The notes under the pieces are model-generated. The model searched no databases, was not told where the DNA came from, and saw only the letters and a list, made by a program, of their open reading frames with translations. Made by a program: the position numbers and the translations under genes. Source: Spirogloea muscicola (lineage: Eukaryota). From it: a DNA stretch of 64,000 nt. Below, one piece after another: positions 61,660 to 64,000 of this stretch; within the stretch, counting starts at the first letter, position 1; the number at the start of each line of letters is the position of its first letter. The stretch lies in NCBI GenBank assembly GCA_009602725.1, contig WELB01000002.1:194021-258020 (forward strand), written 5' to 3'.

Positions 61660-64000
61660 AGGAAGCTCTTCCAAGGAAGAAAGTGGCTCGCCCTAAGAAA
61701 AAAGGGGGCCAGCAAAGCCAGCGCAGAAAGAATGGACAATATTCGAAAGTCAAAGAAAGAAAAAACACACAGCTAGGCAAGAAGACACAACGAAACCACA
61801 GGAAGCTCAATACCCACGGGTGAGCAACATCAGGTCAGAGTAGCTCGACGCCGGAAAAGAAGAAGTGGCACTCTCAATGGGGGCAAGGGCTGCGAAAAGC
61901 CAGCCCAAAAAGAATTCAAAAAGGTTCAGAGGGGCCTAAGAGCGGTGAGCAGCTACAAAGGGGCCTGAGGATGCAATGGTAAAACAGGGGGAGGATGGAT
62001 CACTCAATAAGTACGAGTGAGGAGCCTCAGATCCGACAGACTAGCTGCCGGGAAGCTATCACCCTGACGAAAGCCAGAGCCCGCAGCTAGAGCACGGCCA
62101 GCTCGCAGATGCAGAGCGTGGGCCATGGACCGCTGCAGGGATACAGAGAGGCGCATCCGATATACCTGAGCCCACGAGCCCGCGGCGTTGAAGTCGGCTG
62201 GCTCGCCGCGTCTGCGGGACACAGCCCGCCGCGCAAGCCTAGCCAATAGGTCAAGCCACTGGGACCCAAGAGCCCCGTGCACGTCCACCGCCAAGGGGAC
62301 GAACTCGTCGGCAGGTGGGTGATGCCGGAAAAGATGCATTCAGACGCGACCCAGAAGCGGCCAAGGGGACGAAGGTTGTGAAAAGAAAGAGCTCGCCCAT
62401 AAGAAAGAGGGGCTGGCAAAGCCAGCCCAAAAAGAATGGACAATGTCCAAAGCCAAAGAAAGAGGTGCCGAAAAAGAAGAAAGAGCTCGCCCATTGAGGA
62501 TAAGAAAAGAAAGTGCTCGCCCATAGAAAAAGGGGGCAAGCAAAGCCAGCCCGGAAAGAATGGACAATGTCCGAAAGCCAAAGAAAGAAAAATCACACAG
62601 CTAGGCAGCTAGACAAGAAGACCGACGAAACCACAGGAAGCTCAATACCCACGGGTGAGCAACATCAGGTCAGATTAGCTCGACGCAGGAAAAGATGCAT
62701 TCAGACGCGACCCAGAAGCAGCCGCGATAGCGCGACCTGCACGCGAGTGGACGGCATGAGCAAGAGAACGCTGGAAGAAAGAAGTGGCACTCCCAATGGG
62801 GGCAAAGGCTGCGAAAAGCCAGCCCAAAAAGAATTCACAAAGGTTCAGAGGGGCCTAAGAGCGGTGAGCAGCTACAAAGGGGCCTGAGGATGCAATGGTA
62901 AAACAGGGGGAGGATGGATCACTCAATAAGTACGAGTGAGGAGCCTCAGATCCGACAGACTAGCGGCCGGGAAGCTATCACCCTGACGAAAGCCAGAGCC
63001 CGCAGCGAGAGCACGGCCAGCTCGCAGATGCAGAGCGTGGGCCATGGACCGCTGCAGGGATACAGAGAGGCGCATCCGATATACCTGAGCCCACGAGCCC
63101 GCGGCGTTGAAGTCGGCTGGCTCGCCGCGTCTGGAGGGACACGGAGAGCCGCATCCGAAAGACCTGGGCCAGGGAGCCGGCCGCATTGGAGCCGGCCGCA
63201 TTGAAGAGGATAGGGGCTGGAACAGCCAGCCCAACAAAGAATGGACAAAGTACGAGAAGGGAGCCAGGGGAAGAAGTGGCACTCACACAAGAAAGAAAGA
63301 AAGTGCTCGCCCATAGAAAAAGGGGGCCAGCAAAGCCAGCCCGGAATGAATGGACAATGTCCAAAAGCCAAAGAAAGAAAAATCACACAGCTAGGCAGCT
63401 AGACAAGAAGACACGACGAAACCACAGGAAGCTCAATACCCACGGGTGAGCAACATCAGGTCGGAGTAGCTCGACGCCGGAAAAGATGCATTCAGACGCG
63501 ACCCAGAAGCAGCCGCGATAGCGCGACCTGCACGCGAGTGGACGGCATGAGCAAGAAAACGCTGGAGGGACACGGAGAGCCGCATCCGGGGAAGGGCTAA
63601 GAAAAGAGAAAGTAAAACAAGCACAAGAAGAAACAAAGCAATTACGAATCACTCAGTAACCCCTGCTGATGCGCCTGGCAGTATTGTTCCAACGTTCCCT
63701 TGCCCTCGCAGTCCACACGCGCGCCGGACGCGCTCTGGCCGCCGCCTCCGGGTCTCGGCGGAGCGCCTCCTTCCCCGCATTGAGCTATTCTGACCTGCTG
63801 TTGCTCACTCGTGGGTATTGAGCTTCCCTAGTGTGATGTTGTGTTTGGTAGCGTAGTCCATCTTCGGCATCTTTTACTTTGGCTTTGGACATTGTCCATT
63901 CTTTTCGGGCTGGCTTTGCCAGCCCCTCTTCTCTGTGGGTGAGCCCTTTCTCTCGCTGAGCAGCCGCAGCAGAGATGCTAGGGTCCTGGAAGTGGGTCCC
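61660..64000. mobile_element. Nest of CRE-like 3' fragments (families E, D, B) upstream of gene E
   Basis: Three family-E ends (..SYSDLMLLTRGY*), two family-D inserts (61861-62323 and ~62776-63130) and about eight 3' stem-loop motifs. Confidence 0.88.

Noticed and set aside
1..64000. tRNA, rRNA, spliced-leader or telomeric target arrays
   Set aside because: None recognisable by eye; a tRNAscan-SE/Rfam search would be needed to exclude them.

Overview
Eukaryotic, intron-rich DNA; a streptophyte alga or early-diverging plant is inferred from the Pelle-type LRR receptor kinases with short, fairly GC-rich introns. The window holds a minus-strand tandem array of five paralogous LRR receptor-like kinase genes: A (<1-~10.2 kb), B (pseudogene, 12.3-18.2 kb), C (22.4-33.4 kb), D (truncated pseudogene, 41.8-45.5 kb) and E (52.3-61.5 kb). 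Almost every LRR lies on its own 72-nt (sometimes 69 or 75 nt) phase-2/phase-2 exon. The paralogs differ in number and order of these exons (about 31, 3, 31, >=5 and 24) through block duplication, single-exon duplication and deletion. Substitutions appear concentrated at the exposed xxLxLxx positions. This looks like a modular, exon-shuffling receptor repertoire. Between the genes are dense nests of 5'-truncated CRE-like non-LTR retrotransposons (RT, CCHC finger, restriction-like endonuclease) from about five families. Most share a 3' stem-loop and a TC-rich tail. Several show clear target-site duplications (TSDs), self-nesting and one chimeric insert suggestive of template jumping. A decayed Ty3/Gypsy remnant was co-duplicated with the array. 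Most ORFs in the supplied track are shadow or intron-spanning artefacts. Exon coordinates were read by eye.
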